Positions 8,013 to 17,971 of a stretch of 56,578 nucleotides of DNA are shown here, piece by piece. Source of the DNA: an uncultured Gammaproteobacteria bacterium (GTDB lineage: Bacteria; Patescibacteriota; Patescibacteriia; Patescibacteriales; UBA12465); NCBI GenBank assembly GCA_964570655.1, contig CAZMYU010000005.1:1-56578 (forward strand), written 5' to 3'. Position numbers and translations under genes: made by a program. How positions within the stretch are numbered: position 1 is the first letter of the stretch; each line of letters starts with the position of its first letter. The notes beneath the pieces were generated by a model. That model was not told where the DNA came from and ran no database searches. It was given only the letters and a program-made list of their open reading frames with translations.

Positions 8013-8339
8013 ATGAAAGATGTGTATCAACAAACAGGCTTCAATCTAGATGAAGTTCTGGAACTTTTGAAAAATCCGCCAATTGAATATCCGGAATGTC
8101 TACTACTCAATGAATTGGGGGCTATAATTTATTTTGACCAGGATCAGGAGTCAAAAGGCGAAAAAAAAATGCTGGAATATTTGAAAAACCGGCATCCCCA
8201 GTATCGGGCCATTGCCGCTTTTTATCTGTCAGCTGAGCCTCAAATTGCTGAAAGAAATTCAGCAGCTTTAACCGAGTTTCGCAATCAACCAAAAAACAAG
8301 CAATTGTTGCTAATGGTTGATGAGGCTCTTAATGAATAA
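8013..8339 (+). CDS. hypothetical protein (108 aa)
   Basis: ORF followed by hairpin AAGCTTTGCG...CGCGAAGCTT at ~8361-8390. Confidence 0.7.
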   Translation: MKDVYQQTGFNLDEVLELLKNPPIEYPECLLLNELGAIIYFDQDQESKGEKKMLEYLKNRHPQYRAIAAFYLSAEPQIAERNSAALTEFRNQPKNKQLLLMVDEALNE

Positions 8340-8399
8340 ATAAGATCATTAACTTCGGATAAGCTTTGCGACAACCTCGCGAAGCTTTTTTATTTGGGG

Positions 8400-8421
8400 C
8401 CTGCCGGCCGGCAGGCAGGCC
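8400..8421. repeat. GC-rich palindrome
   Basis: Perfect 16-bp palindrome CCTGCCGGCCGGCAGG (8400-8415) followed by CAGGCC, in AT-rich intergenic DNA. Confidence 0.7.
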
Positions 8422-8432
8422 TGAATACATTG

Positions 8433-8461
8433 TTGACAAAATACCAAAAAAAGATTAATAT
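8433..8461 (+). promoter_or_regulatory. sigma70 promoter
   Basis: TTGACA-17bp-TAATAT upstream of ORF 8501. Confidence 0.65.
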
Positions 8462-8500
8462 TTCTCTAGTTTTTTCAAAATCTATTCAAATACATAAGGT

Positions 8501-8938
8501 ATGGCTAGTAATACTATTATTGTTGGCAGAGTTAATATTCCCAAGGTTAAAACCACTGGGAAAAAGTTTTTAGAAGACTTGCGATTAAATCCAAAGATAT
8601 CTCAAGAAATACTAATTGAATGGTCGGTTGGATTATTGTATTTAATCCCCGAAATCAAAATAAGAATTTCTGGCATTTTTTTGGGTTCCGGTAATGGCCG
8701 AGTTAATTGTTCTGATTTGTTTGTTTTTCCCCAAGACGAGATTGTGATCCCCGGCAGACAGGAGCCAGGGAAGATAAAAATAATCTACTCCGACGCCCAA
8801 TTTGTTTTAAAGGTTGATCCCTCGGTTAAACCAGGTTATTATACTATTTGTTGCTTGGCCACTTATTGTGATCATAGTCGGGATATATCTGGGAATTTCA
8901 AATTTTCTCAGAAATTGGCGATTCGTTATAATGCCTAA
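8501..8938 (+). CDS. hypothetical protein (145 aa)
   Basis: ORF with promoter and downstream hairpin AAGCGCTG...CAGCGCTT (~8945-8972). Confidence 0.65.
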   Translation: MASNTIIVGRVNIPKVKTTGKKFLEDLRLNPKISQEILIEWSVGLLYLIPEIKIRISGIFLGSGNGRVNCSDLFVFPQDEIVIPGRQEPGKIKIIYSDAQFVLKVDPSVKPGYYTICCLATYCDHSRDISGNFKFSQKLAIRYNA

Positions 8939-9052
8939 CTCTTTAAGCGCTGGATAAATTATTCAGCGCTTTTAAATTACTGTAATTAATTGTTCTGTTG
9001 GGTATTTTCTGTTATAATTTTGTTAATATAATTTAATAATTAATTTAAATTT

Positions 9053-9595
9053 ATGTATACCAAAGAAGCTGTGCTCACTTTACCAATTACTCTAGTCAAG
9101 CCGATTCCGGCGGTGCTAGTGACTGGTTTGTCGATTTTGTCGCTGGCCATTCCTTTTTACTTGGGTCACCCACAATGGTTGGTGGGGATAATTGTGAACG
9201 CTTGTTTGTTTTCGGCGGCAATTTTTTTACCCAAAAAATATATTTGGCCAATTATTATTTTGCCGAGCCTAGGAGTATTATCTCGGGGCTTGGTGTTTGG
9301 ACCACTAACTATGTTTTTGGTGTATTTTTTGCCTTTTATTTGGCTAGGCAATTTTGTTTTGGTCTCAACTTTTAAGAAATTATATTCTCAGGTTCATTAT
9401 TTAGTGGCCGTGTCTTTGGCGGCTGTCGCCAAATTTTTCTTTTTGTGGCTAGTAGCTAATATTTATTTTCAATTTGCTCTAGTTCCATCAATTTTCGTAA
9501 AACTTATGGGCTTCAATCAATTGGCTACCGCTCTAGCTGGTGGCGTTGTGACTTGGCTAATTTTTGGAGCTTATAAAAAATATAATGCCAAATAA
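9053..9595 (+). CDS. integral membrane protein, possible ECF S-component
   Basis: About six TM helices; HPQWLVGIIVNACL and QLATALAGG segments. Confidence 0.55.
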   Translation: MYTKEAVLTLPITLVKPIPAVLVTGLSILSLAIPFYLGHPQWLVGIIVNACLFSAAIFLPKKYIWPIIILPSLGVLSRGLVFGPLTMFLVYFLPFIWLGNFVLVSTFKKLYSQVHYLVAVSLAAVAKFFFLWLVANIYFQFALVPSIFVKLMGFNQLATALAGGVVTWLIFGAYKKYNAK

Positions 9596-10247
9596 CAAAA
9601 ATATTAATTACGCCACTTTATATATAGTTCGGCATGGACAGAGTGAACATAATGTTCAACACATTGTTCAGGGTCATTTAGATTCGCCTTTGACTGAGGA
9701 GGGGATTAATCAGGCCAGGGATTTGGCTAATAAATTAAAAGATATAAAATTTAGCGCTGTTTATTCTTCGGATTTGCTGAGAGCCAAAAGAACTGCTGAA
9801 ATTATTGGCAAAGAGCAACAATTGGCTGTTAAAACCAATCAATTACTCCGAGAACGAAATTATGGCCAGTGGCAAGGACAGGAATCCAAAATTTATAATG
9901 AGCGGATCAAGCAAGCTTTGGCTGATTTGAAGTATTTAGAGCCAGAAAATAGATGGCAATTCAAGATTTCAGAGGATGTAGAAAGTGACGAAGAGATTGT
10001 GGCCAGATTTTTAACAATTCTTAGGGAAATCGCTTTAACTCATTTGGGTCAACAGGTTTTAATAGCCACTCATGGAGGCCTGATGAGGACTTTGTTGATG
10101 CATCTAGGTTGGGCAAGTCACGATGAATTACCAGGAGGATCGGCTAAAAATACTTCTTATCTAAAACTGGAATCCGATGGGGTGGATTTTTTCATTAAAG
10201 AAATTGTGGGGATTGAAAAACAAATTCAAGAATCAGGCAGTGAATAA
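9585..10247 (+). CDS. histidine phosphatase (phosphoglycerate mutase-like)
   Basis: RHGQS, SSDLLRAKRTA, LRERNYGQWQG, IATHGG; ATG at 9585 (track start 9564 is TTG). Confidence 0.9.
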   Translation: MPNNKNINYATLYIVRHGQSEHNVQHIVQGHLDSPLTEEGINQARDLANKLKDIKFSAVYSSDLLRAKRTAEIIGKEQQLAVKTNQLLRERNYGQWQGQESKIYNERIKQALADLKYLEPENRWQFKISEDVESDEEIVARFLTILREIALTHLGQQVLIATHGGLMRTLLMHLGWASHDELPGGSAKNTSYLKLESDGVDFFIKEIVGIEKQIQESGSE

Positions 10248-10261
10248 TTTTTTCCAAATTT

Positions 10262-10289
10262 AAAAGGAGCTGGGTTAGCTCCTTTTTTG
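10262..10289. terminator. bidirectional terminator
   Basis: AAAAGGAGCT-gggtt-AGCTCCTTTTTT between convergent genes. Confidence 0.8.
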
Positions 10290-10303
10290 GTTGAGAATAT
10301 TGT

Positions 10304-10639
10304 TTATTCTTCATCAATGATGTTTTTGGTACTTGGGCTGGCAATTATTTCTTTAATTTTTTTGGTGTCTGTTTTTTCCAGGCAAACACCAATTTCTTCC
10401 AGCGGTACGGCGTAGGGTATTCTGGCTTTATTTTTTTCGATGCATTTGATTTTGTCCACAATGGTTTTACCATTATGAAACTCAATCAAAATTGTTTCGC
10501 CAGGGACGGCCTTGCCCTCGATGACCCGACCAGTGATTATGGTTCCAGGTGTTTTTAATTCTTTTTTGGCCTGTGATGAGCCGAAGAATCTGTCGACTTC
10601 CATCACTAAGCCCTTTCCGGTAATTTTAATCTCGTTCAT
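10304..10639 (-). CDS. stand-alone EF-Tu domain II-like beta-barrel protein
   Basis: GTIITGRVIEGKAVPGETI...IKCIEKNK...A..EEIGVCL resembles EF-Tu GTVVTGRVERG...IEMF...A.AGENVGVLL; ATG 10639. Confidence 0.6.
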   Translation of the reverse strand: MNEIKITGKGLVMEVDRFFGSSQAKKELKTPGTIITGRVIEGKAVPGETILIEFHNGKTIVDKIKCIEKNKARIPYAVPLEEIGVCLEKTDTKKIKEIIASPSTKNIIDEE

Positions 10640-10776
10640 CGCTTTTATTTTAAAAGGGGTTTTCAAAAAACATTTCAAACACGCCTTTAAATTTACGGCA
10701 GTTTTATAAATTTGTCAACCACGCTTTTGTTATTTTCTATTAATTGATATAATATAAACAACTAATAATTTTTTCT

Positions 10777-11919
10777 ATGAATCTAAAAAAATATTATATT
10801 CGGTTATTTATTTTAATAACTATTCTTTTTGTTTGTATCGGTATTTTTGTGTATTTAATTGTGAATCGGATCACTGACAATAAATTTCAGAAATCTTTGT
10901 ATAGTTCTATGGATGTGGCTTTGGCGGCAGTAAATCCCGACAGAATCAAAAATATTATAAACGAGTCAATGAATCCGGAATCAGCAGATTATCTTCGAGT
11001 CAAGGATCAATTAACTCGACTAGGCAAGGCTCTTAGTGGCTCTGGAATTGATTCTCTTTATATTGTTGAAAAAAAGGATGAGCAATTTGTATTTTTGGCT
11101 GATTCTTTTGATCCCGGTAATCCGCGTTTTAGTAGTCCGGGCAGTGTTTATCGCCAACCGCCACCAGAATTAAAGGATGTTTTTCAGTATAAATCAGCCT
11201 TTTTATCTAATCCTTATTCAGATGAATTTGGATCTTTTGTATCATTTTTCAAACCAATTACCGTATTTGATACCGGAGACTTGGTCGGTGTAATGGGGGT
11301 AGATATTGATCAGGCCTATTACCAGGGCGTTGTTTATCAAAATCTGATTTGGCCAATGCTCAGCGTTTTGACTCTGTATCTGGTGGCCATTATCTTTTGG
11401 ATTTTTTATATGCGTCGTTTTAGGTCGCGAGAACAATTAGAGGATGCTCGGCAATTGCTAACTGGAGTTATCAATTCTATTCCGGATATTTTCTTTTTGA
11501 TTGATAAGGATTTAAAATTTATTTTATGGAACAAAACTTTAGAAAATATCGTTGGTTATCGGCATGAACAAGTGCTTGGTGCCAAATTAACTGATCTATT
11601 TTTTAAAGCCGATGTCAATATTTTAAATGAGGCCATTGCTGATGTGTATAGTCGAAAAACTACCTCTTTGGAAATGCCCATCAAAGGCAAGGGAAACAAA
11701 CGTCTGTCTTATGAATTTGTTTGTTCATTAGTATTAGACAGCGATGGACAGGTTTCCGGGATTGCTGGCTTGGGTCGAGATGTGAGTAGTCGGCATCAAA
11801 AAGAAGAAGAACTGATTGCCCAAAAGAAACAAATGGAACAAATCAATAAATTAATGGTTGGCCGAGAGCTGAAAATGATTGAACTAAAGAAAGAGCTAGA
11901 TAGTCTCAAAAAAGTTTAG
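10777..11919 (+). CDS. membrane sensor with PAS domain, no kinase domain
   Basis: TM-extracellular domain-TM; PAS (INSIPDIFFLID...WNKTLENIVGY...GLGRDVS); RELKMIELKKEL tail. Confidence 0.8.
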   Translation: MNLKKYYIRLFILITILFVCIGIFVYLIVNRITDNKFQKSLYSSMDVALAAVNPDRIKNIINESMNPESADYLRVKDQLTRLGKALSGSGIDSLYIVEKKDEQFVFLADSFDPGNPRFSSPGSVYRQPPPELKDVFQYKSAFLSNPYSDEFGSFVSFFKPITVFDTGDLVGVMGVDIDQAYYQGVVYQNLIWPMLSVLTLYLVAIIFWIFYMRRFRSREQLEDARQLLTGVINSIPDIFFLIDKDLKFILWNKTLENIVGYRHEQVLGAKLTDLFFKADVNILNEAIADVYSRKTTSLEMPIKGKGNKRLSYEFVCSLVLDSDGQVSGIAGLGRDVSSRHQKEEELIAQKKQMEQINKLMVGRELKMIELKKELDSLKKV

Positions 11920-11979
11920 ATATTATTTGGTGCTTTTGGCAAAATGTGTTATACTATTCCTAGATATTAAAAAAAATAT

Positions 11980-12351
11980 ATGGCTGTCGCTAAAAAAAAT
12001 ATTTTGATTGCTGAGGACGAGTCTTCTTTGGCTCGAGCCCTGGAATTGAAATTAAACAAATTGGATTACCAGGTCGTAATTGTTAGTAATGGTGAGGAAG
12101 CGGTGAATCAATTGAGCACTAATAAGTTCAATATTGTTTTGTTGGATTTAATCATGCCCAGATTAGACGGTTTTGGCGTTTTAGAAAAATTAAAAGCTCT
12201 CAAAATAAAGGTTCCAGTGATTGTTTGTTCCAACTTGGGACAGGCCGAAGATCTCAAACGAGCTAAAGAGCTCGGAGCTATGGATTATTTAGTAAAATCC
12301 GATACCCCTATTAATGGGATAGTTGATCGGATCAAAAAATTTATCAAATAA
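11980..12351 (+). CDS. single-domain response regulator (CheY-like)
   Basis: ILIAEDE, LLDLIMP (phospho-Asp), CSN, YLVK. Confidence 0.92.
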   Translation: MAVAKKNILIAEDESSLARALELKLNKLDYQVVIVSNGEEAVNQLSTNKFNIVLLDLIMPRLDGFGVLEKLKALKIKVPVIVCSNLGQAEDLKRAKELGAMDYLVKSDTPINGIVDRIKKFIK

Positions 12352-12355
12352 ATCA

Positions 12356-14038
12356 ATGCTACCTAATATTGATTTGATCAAAAAAATTCTACTGGAAGAG
12401 AATTATGTCTCGGCCGATGATTTTAGTCGGGCTGAAGCTTATTGTCAAAAAAATCACCTAGATTTGCTGGATTATTTACTGAGCGAAGAGCTCCTGAGTT
12501 CTGATCTTTTGGGTCAAGCTATTGCTGAGCATTATAATGTTTCTTATGGTGATTTGAATACTAATCTCAAAACCACTGAACAGATCAAAAAAATTCCAGA
12601 AAAGATTGGCTTGGATTTCCGAGTTATTTTTTTTGGCGAAAATGAAAAGCAAGTTTTTGTTACTACGGACAATCCAGAAGACAAAAACATCATCAAAACT
12701 CTTCAGCCCTTATTTCCCAAAAAGAAGATTACCTTGCTGTATTCTTTGCCTCAAGACATTGATAGCGCTTTGCTAAATTATCGTCGCACTTTGGGCACTA
12801 GATTTGCGGAAATTATTAAATCTAGTGATCGAGTCGCTCCAGAAATTATTGATGAGATTATTGCCGATGCCGTCACTTATCGATCTTCGGATATTCATTT
12901 TGAACCTGAAGAAAAGGAAGTGGTGATTCGTTTTAGAGTTGATGGGGTGCTGCGGGAGGCCGGCCGAATCCCTCTGCCTTTTTACGAGAATATTTTAAAC
13001 CGGATCAAAGTTCAAAGTCGCCTCAGGACTGATGAACATTATAGTGCTCAAGATGGTTCTATTCGTCATTATCAGGGTACCAGAGCGATTGATTTGCGGG
13101 TTTCGATTGTGCCGACTGTTACTGGCGAAAAGATCGTCATTCGTATTTTGTCCCAATATATTCATAGTTTCAATTTGCGAGATTTGGGGTTAGGACCAGA
13201 CGACCAAAATATTTTAGAAAAATCTTCGGATTTGCCTTTTGGTATGATTTTGGTGGTGGGACCAACTGGTAGCGGTAAAACGACTACTCTATATTCGCTT
13301 CTGCGACGTTTGAATCAGCCCGAAGTCAATATTACAACCATCGAAGATCCGGTTGAATATAAAGTGACTGGTATTAATCAAATTCAGGTCAACCTGCAAA
13401 CCAATTTGACCTTTGCCAAGGGACTTAAATCGATTGTTCGGCAAGATCCGGATATTATTTTGGTGGGTGAAATTCGTGATAATGAAACCGCGGAAATTGC
13501 TGTTAACGCCGCTCTAACTGGTCATTTGCTCCTCTCAACTTTTCATGCCAATGATGCTGCCACGGCTGTCCCAAGATTGCTAGATATGGGGATTGAGCCA
13601 TTTTTGTTAGCTTCTACTTTGGAATTGATTATTGCTCAACGCTTGGTCAGGAAGATTTGCGAAAATTGTCGAGTTAGTCGCAAGGTTTTGGCCAAGGACT
13701 TACTCATCACTTATCCATTTCTCAAACCATTTTTGGATACTAATAGTTTGACTTTTTATCAAGGCAAGGGTTGTCCAGCTTGTAATTTTAGTGGCTATCG
13801 GGATCGCGTTGCTATTTTTGAATTAATTAATGTGACTAATGAATTAGAAGATTTGATTTTGCGGAGACCAGCTAGCACTGAAATCTGGAATTTAGCAGTT
13901 AGTCAGGGCGCTCATTCTTTGTTTGCCGATGGCTTGGAAAAAGTTAAAAATGGCATTACGACTCTCGAGGAAGTTTTGCGAGTAGCTGAGGCACCTGGTG
14001 CTAAGAATTTTAATAGCTATGGAAACAAGAAAAAATAA
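12356..14038 (+). CDS. pilB: type IV pilus assembly ATPase PilB/GspE
   Basis: SDIHFEP, GPTGSGKTT, TIEDPVE, RQDPDIILVGEIRD, tetracysteine CENC...CPAC; ATG at 12356. Confidence 0.92.
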   Translation: MLPNIDLIKKILLEENYVSADDFSRAEAYCQKNHLDLLDYLLSEELLSSDLLGQAIAEHYNVSYGDLNTNLKTTEQIKKIPEKIGLDFRVIFFGENEKQVFVTTDNPEDKNIIKTLQPLFPKKKITLLYSLPQDIDSALLNYRRTLGTRFAEIIKSSDRVAPEIIDEIIADAVTYRSSDIHFEPEEKEVVIRFRVDGVLREAGRIPLPFYENILNRIKVQSRLRTDEHYSAQDGSIRHYQGTRAIDLRVSIVPTVTGEKIVIRILSQYIHSFNLRDLGLGPDDQNILEKSSDLPFGMILVVGPTGSGKTTTLYSLLRRLNQPEVNITTIEDPVEYKVTGINQIQVNLQTNLTFAKGLKSIVRQDPDIILVGEIRDNETAEIAVNAALTGHLLLSTFHANDAATAVPRLLDMGIEPFLLASTLELIIAQRLVRKICENCRVSRKVLAKDLLITYPFLKPFLDTNSLTFYQGKGCPACNFSGYRDRVAIFELINVTNELEDLILRRPASTEIWNLAVSQGAHSLFADGLEKVKNGITTLEEVLRVAEAPGAKNFNSYGNKKK

Positions 14039-15113
14039 TTTATCTTTTGTTTTACTCAAAATCGGCTGGGCACGTGATCACCAAGAAAATTTTTTGGAAA
14101 ACTTGGCTATGTTGCTTTCGGCTGGTTTGGATATTTACGGAGCCTTGTCAGCCATCAAAACCGAGGGACGTTCCAAGATATTTGCTAATTTGATTGATTT
14201 TCTGATTTTACAAATTGATAATGGCGATCCTTTGTGGCTGGCTTTAGAAAAAAGCCAGATTTTTTCGGTCCAGGCTATTTCGCTGATTAAAAATGGCGAA
14301 AAATCTGGTCATTTATCAGAAAACCTCAAGGTCTTAGTGGCTCAAAGACGTAAAGAACGAGAATTTTATAGCAAGATTAAATCGGCTCTCCTGTATCCAT
14401 TATTTGTAATGGGCTTAGCCATTATTGTGGCGCTGGGTACTTCTTGGCTGGTTTTGCCGAAGTTAGCGACCGTGTTTCGATCGCTAGATGTAAAATTGCC
14501 AGCTATTACCAAGGCCTTGATCGATTTTGGAGTGTTTATGTCGCATTATGGCTATATTGTGGTCCCGGGGGTAATTATTATTTTAATTGTTATATTTGTA
14601 GTTTTATTTGTTTTGGCCAAAACCAAGTTTATTGGTCAATTTTTTTTATTGCATGCTCCGGGAATTAGGCGCTTGATTATGGAGGCCGAAATTGCCCGCA
14701 GTACTTATATTTTAGGAACCCTACTGAGTTCTGGTTTGCCAATCGTCAATTCCATGGAATCGCTCATTGATTCAGCTGATATTTATGTTTACCGTCGTTT
14801 TTATAAAATGATTGGCAGGAGATTAGAGGAGGGCGATTCGTTTAAAAAGATTTTTACTAGTGATTCCAGGCTAAGTCGTTTTTGGCCAGCCTCTATCCAA
14901 CAACTCATTATGGCGGCTGAAACTTCTGGTAGCTTACCCGAGATGTTAGTGCGGATTAGCCAAGCTTATTCTGAAAAAGTGGATGTTACTAGCAAAAATT
15001 TGGCTGTGTTGTTTGAACCAGTTTTATTGATAATTGTGTGGTTGGGCGTTTTGGGGGTAGCGGTAGCAATATTTTTGCCAATTTATAGCTTGGTGGGATC
15101 ATTTAATCCCTAA
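14019..15113 (+). CDS. pilC: type IV pilus platform protein PilC/GspF
   Basis: Two GspF repeats (GEKSGHL, AETSGSLPEML), LLYP, FEPVLL, IFLPIY; ATG at 14019. Confidence 0.9.
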   Translation: METRKNNLSFVLLKIGWARDHQENFLENLAMLLSAGLDIYGALSAIKTEGRSKIFANLIDFLILQIDNGDPLWLALEKSQIFSVQAISLIKNGEKSGHLSENLKVLVAQRRKEREFYSKIKSALLYPLFVMGLAIIVALGTSWLVLPKLATVFRSLDVKLPAITKALIDFGVFMSHYGYIVVPGVIIILIVIFVVLFVLAKTKFIGQFFLLHAPGIRRLIMEAEIARSTYILGTLLSSGLPIVNSMESLIDSADIYVYRRFYKMIGRRLEEGDSFKKIFTSDSRLSRFWPASIQQLIMAAETSGSLPEMLVRISQAYSEKVDVTSKNLAVLFEPVLLIIVWLGVLGVAVAIFLPIYSLVGSFNP

Positions 15114-15119
15114 AAATTT

Positions 15120-15581
15120 ATGGAGCGACTGCGGCGCCCACAAAACAAAAAACTTTTGGGCTTCACTTTGCTTGAGGCCTTATTAGTTTTGGCTATGCTC
15201 AGCATTGTTTTGGGGATTAGTGCACCAATCTATCATAATGTCCAAGTCAAAACAGCCTTGGATACTCAAGCCAGTATTGTAGCGGGGACTCTCAGACGAG
15301 CGCAAACTTTGGCTAGCACTATGAATAATGATTCGGCTTGGGGAGTTTTGATTAATAATAATTCAATTATTTTATTTTCTGGTTTGAGCTATGCCACGCG
15401 TAATACTAATTTTGATGAAATTTTTGATTTGCCCACCACTGTTTGGCCCAGCGCTAGTACGGAAATAATTTTTGGTAAAAATACGGGATTACCTAATAGC
15501 TCCTCTACTTTTATTTTGTATTCAGCTAATAACGACAATAGAACTATCAGTGTCAATGCTTGGGGGGCTATTAATTATTGA
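15120..15581 (+). CDS. minor pilin (FimT/GspH-like)
   Basis: Prepilin motif G|FTLLEALLVLAML; RTISVNAWGAI tail. Confidence 0.85.
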   Translation: MERLRRPQNKKLLGFTLLEALLVLAMLSIVLGISAPIYHNVQVKTALDTQASIVAGTLRRAQTLASTMNNDSAWGVLINNNSIILFSGLSYATRNTNFDEIFDLPTTVWPSASTEIIFGKNTGLPNSSSTFILYSANNDNRTISVNAWGAINY

Positions 15582-15583
15582 TT

Positions 15584-16969
15584 ATGAAGACTAATTTTCA
15601 AAAACCAGGTTTTAGTTTGGTAGAAGCGATTCTGGCTGGTTTTTTGTTTTCGGCTCTAGCGACTATTTTAATTACTGTTTTGCTTTATGCTCAAGAGAAT
15701 CCGCTTTTAAGTGGCCAAAGAGCTCGGGCTGTTTATTTGGCCGAAGAGGGAATCGAGGCGGCTCGAGCAATCCAGGAAAATAATTTTGCCAATTTAGGAA
15801 TAGGGACTTTTGGACTAGCCACTAGCTCTAATCAATGGACCCTCAGTGGTTCTAGTGATACTCAGGATGGTTTTACTAGATCAATTGCGGTTAGCGCGCT
15901 AAGCGCCTCTAGGAAAGCTGTGGCCGTCACTGTTAATTGGGTTCAAAATGCCCAAAGAAGCGGGACGGTGTCTTTAAACACGGTTCTCACTAATTGGCGA
16001 GCGCCAACTCTGGGTGATTGGACTAATCCTAATACTTTGGGGGCCAGCCTAGATTTAGCTGGTAATAATGACGCTTGGCGTTTGGTAGTAAGTGGCAGCT
16101 ACGCTTATGTAATTGAAGCGGCCAATCCGTCTAATTTTTTAATTATTGATATATCTAATCCAGCTTTGCCGGTTTTGCAAAGCACTACTAATGTGCCTGG
16201 TAATCCTCGTGACATCAAGGTTGTTGGTAATTATGCCTATATCGCTAGCACTGACAATACTCGAGAAATTAATATTTATGATATTTCCAATCCGCTGACT
16301 CCACTCTTGGCTGGGTCTTATAATGCTATTGGCAATGCTGACGCTTATTCCATTGATGTGGTTGGTAATTATTTATATTTTGGCCGAATAGCCAGCACGG
16401 ATCCGGAGTTTTATGTCTTAGATATTTATAATTTGGCCAGTATTAGCTTGCTGGGTAGTTTGCAATTAACTTCGGCAATTAATGAGGTGGCAGTATCTGG
16501 CAATTACGCCTATTTGGCTACGGCTAACACTGCTCAGGAATTACAAATTATTAATGTGACTACTTCGACAGCGCCAGTTTTGGCTGGTTTTTATAATGTA
16601 ACTGGTAGCGCCACTGCTAATGATGTCCTAGTATTTGGGAATAATGTTGCTCTAGCCCTTAGTAATAATCAAGTAGCTATTTTAAATGTGAGTAGCGTTT
16701 CTTCGCCAACGCTGGTATCTTCAGCCCCAATTAGTTCGCCGGCCTCTGGGATAAGCCTAGGAAATAATAATACCTATCTTTTTGTATCTTCGGCCCTGAG
16801 TACGGCCGAATTACAAATTTTTGACATTAGCACCATTGGTAGTCCGACACTTTTAGGCATTTTCAATGCCAGTGCTAGTGCTAATGATGTTTATTACGAT
16901 CCTACCACTGACCGAGCCTATTTAGCAGATACTAGTAATACCCAAGAATTAATTATTGTGGCTCCCTAA
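15584..16969 (+). CDS. pilin-like protein with LVIVD repeats (putative tip adhesin)
   Basis: G|FSLVEAIL; repeated VSGSYAYV/VVGNYAYI/VSGNYAYL...IIDISNP units. Confidence 0.85.
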   Translation: MKTNFQKPGFSLVEAILAGFLFSALATILITVLLYAQENPLLSGQRARAVYLAEEGIEAARAIQENNFANLGIGTFGLATSSNQWTLSGSSDTQDGFTRSIAVSALSASRKAVAVTVNWVQNAQRSGTVSLNTVLTNWRAPTLGDWTNPNTLGASLDLAGNNDAWRLVVSGSYAYVIEAANPSNFLIIDISNPALPVLQSTTNVPGNPRDIKVVGNYAYIASTDNTREINIYDISNPLTPLLAGSYNAIGNADAYSIDVVGNYLYFGRIASTDPEFYVLDIYNLASISLLGSLQLTSAINEVAVSGNYAYLATANTAQELQIINVTTSTAPVLAGFYNVTGSATANDVLVFGNNVALALSNNQVAILNVSSVSSPTLVSSAPISSPASGISLGNNNTYLFVSSALSTAELQIFDISTIGSPTLLGIFNASASANDVYYDPTTDRAYLADTSNTQELIIVAP

Positions 16970-16972
16970 ATT

Positions 16973-17479
16973 ATGAATCTGACAACAAAAAAACTTGGCT
17001 TTACTTTAATCGAGTTGTTGTTATATACAGCCTTGGCCGGATTTTTAATTTTGGTGATTAGTTCGTTTATGTCGATTTTGTGGCAAGTGCAAGCGAAGAC
17101 GCGGGCGATTTCCGAAGTCGAGCAACAAGGCGCGCAAATTATGGATATTATCTTGACTCAGGTTCGAAGTACTTCAGTGGTAAATATTCCTAGCTCTGGA
17201 CTTAGTTCTAGTACTTTGAGTTTGGCTACCAGTACGCCTGGTAATAATCCAATTGTTTTTACTTTAAATAATAATAATTTACTTTTAAGTTTAGGATCAA
17301 ATTCGGTCCTACCTTTAAATAATAATAAAATAATAATTTCTAATTTGCGTTTTTCTGATTACGGGGCCACGGGCATAGATTCGGTTCGGGTTCAGTTTAC
17401 GGCTAGCTATCTCAATACTGGTAATAAGTCGGAATATAATTATAGTCAAAATTTTTATGGCACAGCCACCAGCCGTTAA
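16973..17479 (+). CDS. minor pilin (PilW-like)
   Basis: G|FTLIELLLYTAL. Confidence 0.85.
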   Translation: MNLTTKKLGFTLIELLLYTALAGFLILVISSFMSILWQVQAKTRAISEVEQQGAQIMDIILTQVRSTSVVNIPSSGLSSSTLSLATSTPGNNPIVFTLNNNNLLLSLGSNSVLPLNNNKIIISNLRFSDYGATGIDSVRVQFTASYLNTGNKSEYNYSQNFYGTATSR

Positions 17480-17861
17480 GCCGGCCTACATTTTACTTAT
17501 TAGTGTTTTGATCTTGGGAGCTATTAGTTTGGTCATCGCTTCAGCCTTGCTTTTGTTGGGAATATCCGGAACCAAAACAGTGATTAGTCTAGAGCAGGGA
17601 GCTAAGGCCCGTTATTTGGCTAATGCTTGTGCCGAAGAAGCCCTGGAACAAATTAGGAGCTCCACTACTTATGTGGGGGTAGTCAATTTAACTTATTCTG
17701 AAGGAACTTGTTCGTATACGGTGACAAATACTGGCGGAAGCACTCGGGAGATCAGGGTAATTAGTACTGCTTATAGTAATACTCAAAGATTATTGATTAA
17801 TCTGAGTTCTTTAAGCCCGCAATTAACAGTTTCTAGCTGGAAAGAAGTAGCTGATTTTTAA
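17457..17861 (+). CDS. minor pilin (PilX-like)
   Basis: AYILLISVLILGA hydrophobic N-terminus lacking Glu5; ARYLANACAEEALEQI. Confidence 0.75.
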   Translation: MAQPPAVKPAYILLISVLILGAISLVIASALLLLGISGTKTVISLEQGAKARYLANACAEEALEQIRSSTTYVGVVNLTYSEGTCSYTVTNTGGSTREIRVISTAYSNTQRLLINLSSLSPQLTVSSWKEVADF

Positions 17862-17971
17862 AAATTATGCTATTATTCTAATAGGTTTATTTTTTATATA
17901 ATATTTTTTTTATTTTAATTACTTATAAGTAGTTTTTAAAAACTAGTTATAGATAATTAACACCAATCATT

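Noticed and set aside
13991-14001. GCACCTGGTGC as a RAYT REP
   Set aside because: Arms are in the opposite order to the REP core and it lies in normal pilB coding sequence
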